A stretch of DNA of 57,102 bases from an uncultured virus (IMG/VR IMGVR_UViG_643886092_000009) (IMGVR_UViG_643886092_000009); one strand, 5' to 3'; positions 46,801 through 56,533 are shown, counted from the first letter of the stretch. Program-made: numbers and translations. The notes: generated by a model from the sequence alone, not told the origin.

Positions 46801-49800
46801 TTGTTAAAAGGACATATTAAATACGATGGGATGCACTACAATGTGTATGGGTTAGACACAAGTGGTAGTATCAATTTGACATTGTGCAATCCGATAACTA
46901 AATCAATGCAGTATCTAGACCCTGATAATACGCAGTTAGCTTATACAGAAAAGCGTATTCAGATTAAAGGAACTACAATGGCGGTAGAGTCAGAACGTGC
47001 GCCTGATGGTAAACGATTTACGCCAAACATGGATTTCTTTGGTCGTCTAGGGGTATTAATGCGTTACATCAAAAACAATTGTAGAAATATTAACAATACA
47101 TTAAAACTAGTAGGTAATGCATTTGACCCAAGGGTTACAACACAACATGAAGTGCAAGTAGGAGACTACTATGCATGGGTTGAATTAAGTTATAGTAATA
47201 TCACAAAGTTCTCATTTGAGGGGTATGGTTTTGATATTAAACTGTATGAGCAAGAGTCTACAGGGTATACAGAAGCATACAGAACAACAAAAGAGAATGT
47301 AACGGCTAAATTCAAGAAAGACGATTTATTTGATTTCTTTGGTATCGTAGAACGTAAGAAAAAGATACTAGACTTCGGTAACATTAATGATATGGATTCT
47401 CCATTCTATCAAACAATTGAAGAGATTATGGAAGCCAATCCTGATAGAGACTTTAGTTGGTTACTAGATAGAAATTATATCATGGTAACAGATGAGACAT
47501 TACAGGAAACGATTGAGTATTTAAATACATTTAAAGTATTAGCAGTCGATACCGAGACAACAGGATTAGACATTACATTCAAGTCAAGAACAGGTGAGCA
47601 TGATGAGTGTGTAGGTTTAATCATAACAGGTAAAGAAGGGGAGAGTTTCTACTTCCCATTCAAACATACACAGTTTGATAACTTATGTGGTGGCGATGAT
47701 TGGTACTTCATGGAAACATACATGAAACCGTTATTAGAAAAGAAAGACATCATTGTCCACAACGCATCGTTCGACTGGAAAGTTATTTATATTTACGGTA
47801 TCGTGTTAAACGTAGTAATAGATACATTTGCGGTATTCTCATTAACACTAAATGCAAAATATCAAACACCAGTTGGTTTGAAGCACTTAATTTCATTATT
47901 GCTTAAACGTGATTCACTGGAATTGGATGATTTATGTAAGAATGGTGATTTTGGTTCAATTGACCAAAACTTCGCAGATTTACCAAAAGAACTTGTACGT
48001 CTATATGCTTGTGCCGATGCTGATAATACGTTAGCATTATATCATTATATGCTAGAAACAAACATGCTAGAAAACTGGGGTGCTACAAAAGTAGTACAAT
48101 TCGAGTCTATCTTCGCATGTGCGATAGGGTATAGTGAGTTTCACGGTCAGTTCGTTAATGTAAATGAAACAGACCAACTAGTACAAGATATTGACCGAGA
48201 TTTACAAGAAGCAGAACGTAAAATGCGTAATGAATTACGTAAAGTAAACTATGATGCAGATAATTTCAACCCACAATCAAACGTGGAAAAACTGAAAATC
48301 ATATATGAAGTGTTTGGTGCGCCTGAGCAGTACAAGTTAGATGGTAAGCTAACAGCGGATAAAAAGGCATTAAAGAACTTGTCTAAGATGACAAACCCTG
48401 ATGATACACCTAAGTATCCGTTCGTTAACTACTTCCAAGAGTTCAATGAAGTAAACACATTACGTAAAAACTTCTCCAAGAACTTACCTGAGTTCTGTAC
48501 GCCTGATGGTTTCATGTTTAGTGGGGTAAAACAGTTCTTAAAAACAGGTCGTGTATCTATTTCGAAACCAAACTACCAGTCTTACAATGATACCGTTAAA
48601 AAGTACATTAAGCCAAGACCTGGTTTTTGGATGGGAGACATGGATTACTCAAGTATTGAGTATCGAGTAATCGCTTCAATGAGTAAACAGTTATCATTAA
48701 TTGAAGCCTTCCAAGACCCGAATACGGATTATCATAAACTACAAGCATCAAACATGTATCAGATACCATATGAACTTGTATCAAAAGCCATGCGTGGTGA
48801 AGCGAAAGCCTTTAACTTCGGTATTCCGTTTGGTATGGGTAATGAGAAACTGGGTATGACAATATTCGGTAAGGTATCAAAAGAGAATACAAGAAAAGCA
48901 ACGGCTTTACGTGAAAGATACTTCAAAGGGCAAGATAACGTTCGTGAGTTCTTCGTAAACGCCCAACGTGATGCAGTTAAATATGGTTATACAGAAACAC
49001 ACTTTGGTCGTAGACGTTACTATAATAAAGAAACAACATCAGTTGGTTCTATTAAACGTCAAGGTGGTAATCAGCGTATCCAAGGTACAGCGGCAGACAT
49101 TTATAAACAAGCAGTTGTACGTTTATTCCTACGAATCATCAATGAAGGTTGGTTAGACAAAGTATTACTTCCGGGCTTCATTCATGATGAACTGTTAATG
49201 GAAGTGTCAATGGAGATTCACCCGCTAGACTGGATGAAAGTATTAAAAGAAGAAATGGAATTAAAAGTAGACGGTTTCTGTCCTCTATACATCGGGTTTG
49301 GGGTAGGTCGTTCATGGTACGAAGCAAAAGCAGTTGAGATTCCTACAGAACTACAACAAGAAATCCAAGGTAAAACAAGTGAGTTCGATTGGAACGGTAA
49401 CTTAGATGAGTTCTGTGAGTGGGTTCCAAAACGTATTAACCAATTCGAACTAGAGTATGCAGATAGATACTTAAATAATAAAGAAAATAACGGTCAAGTT
49501 ATTTCAGCAGTAACTTATGATTACATTAACTCACAAGTCAATAGAGTACAAGACGAGTTAATGAAAAATTACTTCTCACAATTAGAAGCAGGTAACAGAT
49601 ACGATTTCGATGTAAACGTATTATCTATTATCAAGCACCGTGCAGATAAACTTGTACCACCATCTAAAACACATGAAATTACATTAGATGAGAAAGTAAC
49701 AGCATATTGTAAGAAGTTAAAAGTGGACAAACAGTGGTATGTAAATGAAATACCAAAAGATATGGTATTAGGAAACTTTGAAGATTTACAAGTTTTACTT

Positions 49801-50199
49801 GATTTCTATTGCCAATACAGGGGTATTGATAGAGCGACTGTACAGTTGCTATCACCACATGATGTTGATGTAGAGAAAGAACAAGCAAAGTCAGCAGTAA
49901 ACGAGCATGAAGGTGAATATTACTACAATGCAAGGGAAGACGCTGAAAGCAATAAACAACTCTTATTAACAAAAATAAATGAGTATGGTTGTTTCTTAAA
50001 CGTAGAAGAGAAGAAAGCATACTTCAAGTTTGTTCCAAGTATTATGCAAATCATTAAACCGAAGGTTCATCAAGATAAAACAGGATATCAAGTCGTATTC
50101 ATTGATGTAGAAAAGGATAAAGAAATCCTTACAAACGCTTATATCACAAGTGCGAATTTAAATGCAGTACAACGAGAGGTTATGTTTGCGGTAGCGTAA
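46801..50199 (+). CDS. polA: Family A DNA polymerase with 3'-5' exonuclease
   Basis: ExoI DTETTGL, ExoII HNASFD, ExoIII YACAD; motif A DYSSIEYR, motif B RGEAKAFNFG, motif C IHDEL. Confidence 0.93.
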   Translation: MLKGHIKYDGMHYNVYGLDTSGSINLTLCNPITKSMQYLDPDNTQLAYTEKRIQIKGTTMAVESERAPDGKRFTPNMDFFGRLGVLMRYIKNNCRNINNTLKLVGNAFDPRVTTQHEVQVGDYYAWVELSYSNITKFSFEGYGFDIKLYEQESTGYTEAYRTTKENVTAKFKKDDLFDFFGIVERKKKILDFGNINDMDSPFYQTIEEIMEANPDRDFSWLLDRNYIMVTDETLQETIEYLNTFKVLAVDTETTGLDITFKSRTGEHDECVGLIITGKEGESFYFPFKHTQFDNLCGGDDWYFMETYMKPLLEKKDIIVHNASFDWKVIYIYGIVLNVVIDTFAVFSLTLNAKYQTPVGLKHLISLLLKRDSLELDDLCKNGDFGSIDQNFADLPKELVRLYACADADNTLALYHYMLETNMLENWGATKVVQFESIFACAIGYSEFHGQFVNVNETDQLVQDIDRDLQEAERKMRNELRKVNYDADNFNPQSNVEKLKIIYEVFGAPEQYKLDGKLTADKKALKNLSKMTNPDDTPKYPFVNYFQEFNEVNTLRKNFSKNLPEFCTPDGFMFSGVKQFLKTGRVSISKPNYQSYNDTVKKYIKPRPGFWMGDMDYSSIEYRVIASMSKQLSLIEAFQDPNTDYHKLQASNMYQIPYELVSKAMRGEAKAFNFGIPFGMGNEKLGMTIFGKVSKENTRKATALRERYFKGQDNVREFFVNAQRDAVKYGYTETHFGRRRYYNKETTSVGSIKRQGGNQRIQGTAADIYKQAVVRLFLRIINEGWLDKVLLPGFIHDELLMEVSMEIHPLDWMKVLKEEMELKVDGFCPLYIGFGVGRSWYEAKAVEIPTELQQEIQGKTSEFDWNGNLDEFCEWVPKRINQFELEYADRYLNNKENNGQVISAVTYDYINSQVNRVQDELMKNYFSQLEAGNRYDFDVNVLSIIKHRADKLVPPSKTHEITLDEKVTAYCKKLKVDKQWYVNEIPKDMVLGNFEDLQVLLDFYCQYRGIDRATVQLLSPHDVDVEKEQAKSAVNEHEGEYYYNAREDAESNKQLLLTKINEYGCFLNVEEKKAYFKFVPSIMQIIKPKVHQDKTGYQVVFIDVEKDKEILTNAYITSANLNAVQREVMFAVA

Positions 50200-50246
50200 A
50201 CAGACCTCTAGTAACCGTAATCAAGTAGAAAGAAGGGGTAGTAATT

Positions 50247-50627
50247 ATGCAAGTATACGAAGAAGAGGTAAGACATAAAGAAGTAGCAGGTATTACAGAT
50301 AAGATTACACGAAACGTAGTAACAGGTATTCAGTATCCTGTTGTAAATATATTATTAACAGATAATATGCCAAAACATAAAATGACAGCTTTAGTAAGTC
50401 TTTTAAAAGCAGAAGTAACGAAGTCAGAAGATAGTGAAGACCAGTTAAACAAGGCGGTTTATATTTCATTAAAGAAGGGTGATGAAGTAAGAAAACCAAT
50501 TGGTCGTATCTTGCCAAAACAGGTTAAAACGATGATGTCTATTCTTACAGGGGTAGACTTAGAACTAGAAATGTCACAAGGCGAAATCATGGATAGCAAA
50601 TATATCTATGCATTAAGTTCTTATTAA
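50247..50627 (+). CDS. Hypothetical protein
   Basis: RBS aagggg, 126 aa. Confidence 0.75.
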   Translation: MQVYEEEVRHKEVAGITDKITRNVVTGIQYPVVNILLTDNMPKHKMTALVSLLKAEVTKSEDSEDQLNKAVYISLKKGDEVRKPIGRILPKQVKTMMSILTGVDLELEMSQGEIMDSKYIYALSSY

Positions 50628-50644
50628 GAATAGGTAGTAACGAG

Positions 50645-50682
50645 AAGGTATGTCATTCAAACTATGAGTGGCATACCTTTTT
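50645..50682 (+). terminator. Intrinsic terminator
   Basis: aaggtatgtcattca-aacta-tgagtggcatacctt-ttt. Confidence 0.85.
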
Positions 50683-50978
50683 ATTATAGAAAGAAACATA
50701 TTTAAAGAAAAGTATAGGTTAAAATTAGTGCAAGTTGTAAGGGGTAGGAGGAAACGGAAAGATAATAAAAGTTGAGGTAAGAGGGTGAGAATCGTTAAAA
50801 TTAGGCTATTTTTAATTGAACTTATAAAATTTTATCTAACTTAGATTCTATTCCACTGTCTGTACAGACAACCCAACTTGAGCAAGTTTTGGTCTAAAAC
50901 ACCATCTTTAAACTATACTTATGATAGAAAGACGTATGGGTATTAGGAGGTGAAGCAGAAGGAAAATCTGCGAAAAAT

Positions 50979-51197
50979 GTGATAGATAAACAATTTGAAA
51001 TTCCGTACATGGGAAATACGGTGAAATTAAACGTATTTCATAGAACAGACGAGTCAGTTGAAAGTGGAATGCCAGTCTTATCTTTTGGAAGATTGAGAAC
51101 TTTACTTGAATCAGGTAATCAAACTTATGTAGCTTTATTAAACAAAGTGTCTGAATTAGAATTAGAGTTACAAAAGTACAAAGAAAAATTAAACTAA
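50979..51197 (+). CDS. Small hypothetical protein with C-terminal coiled coil
   Basis: 72 aa; start uncertain. Confidence 0.55.
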   Translation: MIDKQFEIPYMGNTVKLNVFHRTDESVESGMPVLSFGRLRTLLESGNQTYVALLNKVSELELELQKYKEKLN

Positions 51198-51208
51198 TAC
51201 AAACATAC

Positions 51209-51237
51209 TTGACAAATAAGTAAACCTATGGTATAAT
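51209..51237 (+). promoter_or_regulatory. Sigma-A consensus promoter
   Basis: TTGACA-17-TATAAT. Confidence 0.9.
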
Positions 51238-51383
51238 AGTATTAGATTTAAAATAAGTAAAAAAAATAGCGGTTAAAATAAAATACATGTGTATAAGGTT
51301 TATTAGGGAAGGCATTCATATATTATATAAACATGCAATATCTTATATACAAACCGCCTTATAGGAAAAGGAGATTATTAAAC

Positions 51384-52469
51384 ATGAAAAAGAAAATCGT
51401 TGCAACAGCACTAACGGCATCATTGGTAGTACCAACTTTAACTACAGGGTTAACAGTGGCATCAGCAGAAACAGGAGATACTACGCCTAAACAGTCACAA
51501 ACTTCTACTGACACAAAAACTTCAACTGACTCTACAAAAACAAACGGTAGTGACAAAATCCAAAAAGATGATGTAGTACATGAAACTTGGTCTGAACCAG
51601 TATTCGTAAAAGGGGTATCTTTAAAGGAAGCTGATTTAGGTTCAGTTAAGAAAGACCTTGCAGTAAAAGAAAACTTTAAAACACTTACTATGGATGGTAA
51701 GAAAATGGTTGAACTTTTAGGTGAAGGTGACCCATCTTCAAACATTTATTCTTCTGTAGTAGTTCAAAAGACTGATAAAGGTGATGGAGTTAAGGTAGAC
51801 ATCAAAACACCTAAAAACATTACTCGTATTACACAAGACCAATATCGTAATGCGGCACTAACAGCTGGATTAACTGATGTAAACATTGAGGTAGCTTCTT
51901 CTGTTAAAGCAACTGGTGAAGGTGCACTTGCAGGGGTATATTATGCATTTAAAGAAAACGGTGTTGAACTTGACCAAAAAGATATGAAACTAGCACAAGA
52001 TGAAGTTTCTATGTTAGGTAAAATCAACGAACAGAATAAAGATAAGAAAGACTTCTCTGACCAACAATTAAACGTTGCTATCGCTGATATGAAACAAGAT
52101 ATCGCTAAGTTAGATGAAGCCCAAAAGAAACAATTAACAAAAGAAGATGTTGAAAAGATTGTAGACGAGAAGTTAAAAGCCCTTGAACTTGAACAAGCGG
52201 TATCTGATAAGCAAAAAGATATAATTGTAAACTTCATGTTCAACTTTAAAGATTCAAACATTGCAAACAGTGAAGAGTTTGTAAAACAAATCGGTACATA
52301 CAAAGATAGTATCGTAGAAGGTTCTAAAGAACTGTTTGGTAAATTAAAAGACTTTAAAGATAGCGAAGCAGGTCAAAATTTCATTCAGTCTTCATGGCAG
52401 TTCATTAAAGACATTGGTTCAGCAATTGGAAACTTCTTCTCTAGTCTGTTTGGAAGTTCTGAAAAGTAA
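51384..52469 (+). CDS. Secreted DUF1002 (YpuA-like) protein
   Basis: ATG at 51384 after aaggag; signal peptide; IYSSV...PKNIT.IT..QY.NA.LTAG...ATGEGALAG.Y.A. Confidence 0.8.
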   Translation: MKKKIVATALTASLVVPTLTTGLTVASAETGDTTPKQSQTSTDTKTSTDSTKTNGSDKIQKDDVVHETWSEPVFVKGVSLKEADLGSVKKDLAVKENFKTLTMDGKKMVELLGEGDPSSNIYSSVVVQKTDKGDGVKVDIKTPKNITRITQDQYRNAALTAGLTDVNIEVASSVKATGEGALAGVYYAFKENGVELDQKDMKLAQDEVSMLGKINEQNKDKKDFSDQQLNVAIADMKQDIAKLDEAQKKQLTKEDVEKIVDEKLKALELEQAVSDKQKDIIVNFMFNFKDSNIANSEEFVKQIGTYKDSIVEGSKELFGKLKDFKDSEAGQNFIQSSWQFIKDIGSAIGNFFSSLFGSSEK

Positions 52470-52475
52470 ACATAT

Positions 52476-52504
52476 TTGACAAATTAATAAACATATGGTA
52501 TAAT
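52476..52504 (+). promoter_or_regulatory. Sigma-A consensus promoter
   Basis: TTGACA-17-TATAAT. Confidence 0.9.
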
Positions 52505-52547
52505 AGTACTATGAGATAAAGTAAATCTTGTAGTACTATTTTTTTTT
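52502..52547 (+). terminator. 16-bp hairpin plus T-run overlapping the -10 box
   Basis: aatagtactatgagat-aaagtaa-atcttgtagtactatt-ttttttt. Confidence 0.7.
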
Positions 52548-52581
52548 ATTTATATAAATGAAACGTATTGGAGGAAATATC

Positions 52582-52878
52582 ATGTCAATGACAAAAGAAG
52601 AGTTAATTGAAGAAATTAAGGTTTCTTTACCTAATCCAGACTTGTTACGTGTAGTAACTTTTGCAGGAATAGAGTTAAACGATAGAGTAATTGTATTAAA
52701 AAGTAAATCTGATTTTAGATATACAGACCTTAAAAACCAATGGATTAAGTACAATAAATCTTATCAAGAAGAACATAATCCAAAAGAACTGTTAAAGAAA
52801 AATGTTGTTTTTACTTCGGATGTATTAAGCAGAAGAGGAAAAGAAGCATTACGTAAACTAGAAGAACTCATGAAATAA
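52582..52878 (+). CDS. Hypothetical protein
   Basis: ATG at 52582 after ggagg. Confidence 0.75.
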   Translation: MSMTKEELIEEIKVSLPNPDLLRVVTFAGIELNDRVIVLKSKSDFRYTDLKNQWIKYNKSYQEEHNPKELLKKNVVFTSDVLSRRGKEALRKLEELMK

Positions 52879-52911
52879 ACTAGATAAACTTATAGAAAGG
52901 TAGCATAAACG

Positions 52912-53097
52912 ATGTCTAACTCTATAATCATAATGGTTGGTCTATACTTCATCATATTAGGGGTAGTTTGCATTCTAGTAAAACCTTCTAATAGAAAAGA
53001 TGTAACCGAGGATGAAATGCGTAAAATGAAGATAGTGAATGTGATAACAGGTATATTCTTCACTATAATAGGTAGTAGTTTTATCATATGGCTTTAA
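52912..53097 (+). CDS. Small two-TM membrane protein
   Basis: Two hydrophobic segments. Confidence 0.75.
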   Translation: MSNSIIIMVGLYFIILGVVCILVKPSNRKDVTEDEMRKMKIVNVITGIFFTIIGSSFIIWL

Positions 53098-53121
53098 TAG
53101 TTCAGAAAGGGGTATAGTGAA

Positions 53122-53520
53122 ATGGAACGTACAGAAGTGTATTTAAACCAATTAGCAAAAGAGTTGTGTAAAGAGAATTGGGGTTTAGATTTAACGATAC
53201 CTGTTAAAATAAACGGTAGATTACGTAAACTGTTTGCAAGATTTACTGGTGCTTTAATCTATGAAAACGGAAAAGAAACTAGAAAACCGAAAAGCATAGA
53301 TATTAGTTCATTTGCAAATAAACATTTTAAAAATGAAGCAATCGTTGATGTGCTGAAACACGAGTTATGTCATTATGCTTGTTTCGTAAAGAATAAACCT
53401 TTTAAAGATGGTGATGTATACTTTGAAATGGAATTAAAACGAGTAGGTGCATGTTCTAACGCAACAAGTAAGGAAGAGAAAATAAATAGAGGGTATGTAT
53501 ATAGAAGTATGGTGGCTTAA
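53122..53520 (+). CDS. SprT-like zinc metalloprotease
   Basis: INGRL...F; VLKHELCHY (HExxH); PF.DGD..F. Confidence 0.8.
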   Translation: MERTEVYLNQLAKELCKENWGLDLTIPVKINGRLRKLFARFTGALIYENGKETRKPKSIDISSFANKHFKNEAIVDVLKHELCHYACFVKNKPFKDGDVYFEMELKRVGACSNATSKEEKINRGYVYRSMVA

Positions 53521-53537
53521 ACAAGGAGGGTTAAAAG

Positions 53538-53735
53538 GTGAGTAAAGAAAACTGGTATGATAGTACAACTTGGGAATCAGTACCGATGTGGAAAGCAATG
53601 AAACTATGGGCTGAGGAAGGTAAGAGTATTCGATGTCAAGTGAAACGTTCACAGTACTATTTTAAAGGTGGAGAGACGATACATAAATTAGACCAAGACT
53701 TCGTAAAAGAAGGTCAATGGTTTGTAGAGGGGTAG
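53538..53735 (+). CDS. Small protein, paralog of the N-terminus of 53742
   Basis: W..VPMWKAMKLWA...C...YYF.G...G.WF+E. Confidence 0.8.
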   Translation: MSKENWYDSTTWESVPMWKAMKLWAEEGKSIRCQVKRSQYYFKGGETIHKLDQDFVKEGQWFVEG

Positions 53736-53741
53736 GGAACT

Positions 53742-54305
53742 ATGAGTAGAGCAAGTAGATATACAGATAAAGACAGGTTCGGTCTTGGGGTAGACTGGAA
53801 AGAAGTTCCGATGTGGAAAGCAATGAAGTTATGGGCAAACAATCAAACACATGTAAAGTGTAAATTAGGAGAAACAAACTATTATTTTCACGGTCAAGAG
53901 TCGATGGCTGATTTAGAACCTGAATTTATCTCAAATGGTGTATGGTTTATAGAAGAACGTAAAAACAAGATGAAAGAAGCTAGAAAGAAGAAACTAGAGA
54001 GTGAAGAAAAGAAACCTTTATTCTTTATCTATCAGAACGGGTTTAGACAAATTTCTCTACCGCCTAAACAAGAAGGATTTAGAAATTTTGATATTATACA
54101 ATTGACATCTTGTGATGATGGTTGTTTGATTACAGTAGAGGGAAACATGGAAGAAGTAGCAAGAGAACTAAGTACCTTTGTAGGTTATCCAATTGTAGAA
54201 ATTTATTGTGATACGAATGAGATAACAAACTACGGATATACTTTAAAGGGTGCAAGTATTCGAAAAGGAAACGTTGGAGAGAAAGTTATTTATTTAGATT
54301 TCTAA
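53742..54305 (+). CDS. Two-domain hypothetical protein
   Basis: N-terminal domain duplicated in 53538. Confidence 0.8.
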   Translation: MSRASRYTDKDRFGLGVDWKEVPMWKAMKLWANNQTHVKCKLGETNYYFHGQESMADLEPEFISNGVWFIEERKNKMKEARKKKLESEEKKPLFFIYQNGFRQISLPPKQEGFRNFDIIQLTSCDDGCLITVEGNMEEVARELSTFVGYPIVEIYCDTNEITNYGYTLKGASIRKGNVGEKVIYLDF

Positions 54306-54355
54306 ACTATAGATAAATATTTTAGAAACAAGTTAGGTAAGATATGGAAACATAC

Positions 54356-54384
54356 TTGACAAATTAATAAATTTATGGTATAAT
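54356..54384 (+). promoter_or_regulatory. Sigma-A consensus promoter
   Basis: TTGACA-17-TATAAT. Confidence 0.9.
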
Positions 54385-54432
54385 AGTGTTATAAGTAAAT
54401 GAGAAAAATACTTGTAGCACTATTTTTATTTT
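54382..54432 (+). terminator. 16-bp hairpin plus T-run overlapping the -10 box
   Basis: aatagtgttataagta-(11 nt)-tacttgtagcactatt-tttatttt. Confidence 0.7.
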
Positions 54433-54442
54433 GGAGGATAAA

Positions 54443-54910
54443 GTGCAAACAGGTAATAAAGAAAGGATGTTCATAATGACAAAGGAAAACCATTTTGAAT
54501 CATGGAATAAAACAATCAAAGAGGTATATGGTAGCGAAGAAACTGATTCTTTACAAGTAGCAAACGAAGGTTCAACTATTACGATGAAAGAAGAGAAAGA
54601 ACTACCTACTATAGAGGATTACAATAAAAAGGTTAAGGTTATCGAAGACCAAAAGAGACGAGTAGAGATACAATTAGCAAAAGTAGTGGCAGAAAAGAAA
54701 CTGGTAGAAAACGAGTTAAAAGAGAAGTTAGAACGTGCAAAACGTAAGATTGAGTCTTTACATACAAGAGTAGAAAACGGAGACGAGATATTCGAATCAG
54801 ATGGGTTACAGAGTTTAGGGGTAGACATTGATGTTTTACAATCAAGACTTGTATCTTACAATAAGTTCATTGCGTATTTAAAAGAGTTTGAAACAGAAAT
54901 AAACGAATAG
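54443..54910 (+). CDS. Coiled-coil hypothetical protein
   Basis: GTG 54443 after ggagg, or ATG 54476. Confidence 0.7.
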   Translation: MQTGNKERMFIMTKENHFESWNKTIKEVYGSEETDSLQVANEGSTITMKEEKELPTIEDYNKKVKVIEDQKRRVEIQLAKVVAEKKLVENELKEKLERAKRKIESLHTRVENGDEIFESDGLQSLGVDIDVLQSRLVSYNKFIAYLKEFETEINE

Positions 54911-54926
54911 AAAGGGATGTAGAGTT

Positions 54927-55271
54927 ATGGCAACATACTTTAAACTAGGGTTTTCGGAATATGCAGACTATGAAGCAATTATTATGGTATCATTATCAGG
55001 TATATCAAACAAGGAATTCATAGATATGTATAACGAAGTCGTACAAGATAAAGAGTATAGAGACTTGGAGGAATTAGCAGAGGAAATGGAAAGAAGATTC
55101 GATTTAGTTGTAGCTAGAGAGAAACTTGAAATTAGAGCCACAACTGAAGTATATAAACCTGTATCAGATACCGATGTTATTCCTTACGAAGAAGGTAAAG
55201 ATTATATTGACATTGCAACCGTGAAAGAAAAGAAACAACCTAGAAAAATAGTATGGAATAGAACAAAATAA
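54927..55271 (+). CDS. Hypothetical protein, paralog family C
   Basis: ISNKEFIDMYNEVV...LAEEM..RF...LEI. Confidence 0.8.
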   Translation: MATYFKLGFSEYADYEAIIMVSLSGISNKEFIDMYNEVVQDKEYRDLEELAEEMERRFDLVVAREKLEIRATTEVYKPVSDTDVIPYEEGKDYIDIATVKEKKQPRKIVWNRTK

Positions 55272-55286
55272 CAGGAGGGGTAGGCG

Positions 55287-55586
55287 ATGAAATCATTTCG
55301 TATATCAGATGGAACTTTTGGAGATTATACATTTATAACTTTACTAACTGAGAAAGATTTAAGCAAACAAGAGTTTATTTCCATGTACAATCAAGTGGTG
55401 TCAGAAGGTATAAATTTAAATCGTGAGCAGATAGCAGACGAGTTATGTAAACGTTATGGTTTTGTAAAAGAAACTCACTTTTTCGAGATTCATGCAATGA
55501 GTGGATTTGGTATTGTACAAGATTATAAGAAAGAAGACGTAGTAAGAGACGATTTAAGACGTATAGAAGTATATTCACCATACTAA
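55287..55586 (+). CDS. Hypothetical protein, paralog family C
   Basis: LSKQEFISMYNQVV...IADELC.RYGF...EIHAM. Confidence 0.8.
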   Translation: MKSFRISDGTFGDYTFITLLTEKDLSKQEFISMYNQVVSEGINLNREQIADELCKRYGFVKETHFFEIHAMSGFGIVQDYKKEDVVRDDLRRIEVYSPY

Positions 55587-55599
55587 GGGGTAGTTAAAC

Positions 55600-55788
55600 A
55601 TGAGTAAAGGTTTTACATTAATCTGTAATGAGTGTGAGAACAAAGTAGACTATAAAGAGTTAGAAAATAAACGGCATAATATAGAGAAACAAATGTCTGT
55701 TACAATTCATTCGTTAACAGAGTGTGGGTTCATTTGTTTCTCGTGTGAGAATAAAGTAAAGTTAAACGATAAAGAGAATCAAGAATAG
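55600..55788 (+). CDS. Small Zn-ribbon protein
   Basis: CNECENKV...CFSCENKV. Confidence 0.7.
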   Translation: MSKGFTLICNECENKVDYKELENKRHNIEKQMSVTIHSLTECGFICFSCENKVKLNDKENQE

Positions 55789-55798
55789 GGGTAGTAAA

Positions 55799-56314
55799 AT
55801 GGAGATTTTAAATAAGTATGATGAATTAGGTTTTGAAGTGACGGTTTATGAAATGACTAAAATGAGAAAAGGTGAGAAGACTGAGATTTTCAAAGCAGAA
55901 ATTAAAATTGCAGATAGAGAAGAACTACTTACAACACTAGAAGCATCTTCAAAATTTCAACTGAGAGAATTATTAGAGAGTTGGTTAGAGTATGAAGAGA
56001 CAACAAAAGAAAAGTTACAAGGATTACCTAAAGTAAGATTTGTACGCTTTGCAACAGATGAGCATAGTGAATACTCTTACTCTACACTTATGATTCGTGG
56101 AGACATAACAAACGAAGAATTCTTAGACTTATATCATCGAATTGTAAAACAAGTAGATACAAATCAACATGAAGTAATTGCTCAAGCAATGTGTCGTGAG
56201 TATGGATTCCAGTTAGTAGAAGAAGACTTAGAAATTCATGCAATGTATAGTAAATTTAGTATAGTAGACCGTGATGTGAGCTATAAAACAGCAGGATTTA
56301 CTACATTAGGGTAA
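55799..56314 (+). CDS. Hypothetical protein with C-terminal family C domain
   Basis: ITNEEFLDLY..IV...IAQAMC.EYGF...LEIHAM. Confidence 0.8.
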   Translation: MEILNKYDELGFEVTVYEMTKMRKGEKTEIFKAEIKIADREELLTTLEASSKFQLRELLESWLEYEETTKEKLQGLPKVRFVRFATDEHSEYSYSTLMIRGDITNEEFLDLYHRIVKQVDTNQHEVIAQAMCREYGFQLVEEDLEIHAMYSKFSIVDRDVSYKTAGFTTLG

Positions 56315-56317
56315 GAG

Positions 56318-56533
56318 GTGTCTTATATGCCACAAAAGAAAACGTACATCGGTAAAGTAGTAGAGCAAGAAATTGATTATGGAAACAGTAATGCACTTTA
56401 CCATGATGTATACATAAAAGAAATTAATGATTATTTAACACAAGACCTGTTTAACTTTGAAGGTAAGAAGGTTAAAGTAACGGTTGAAGTAATCGAGGAA
56501 GACACAAAGGAGTGTCAAAATGAACGAAAATGA
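56318..56533 (+). CDS. Small hypothetical protein
   Basis: Within an operon; start is GTG 56318 or ATG 56327. Confidence 0.65.
   Translation: MSYMPQKKTYIGKVVEQEIDYGNSNALYHDVYIKEINDYLTQDLFNFEGKKVKVTVEVIEEDTKECQNERK

Noticed and set aside
5391..54309. TAAACTA at several stop codons (5391, 12655, 33889, 52876, 54303)
   Set aside because: AAACTA is common throughout this A-rich sequence; enrichment cannot be shown by eye
220..55581. All minus-strand ORFs in the track
   Set aside because: They are short shadows of well-supported + strand genes, rich in Leu/Phe/Ser/Tyr as expected from the reverse of purine-rich codons
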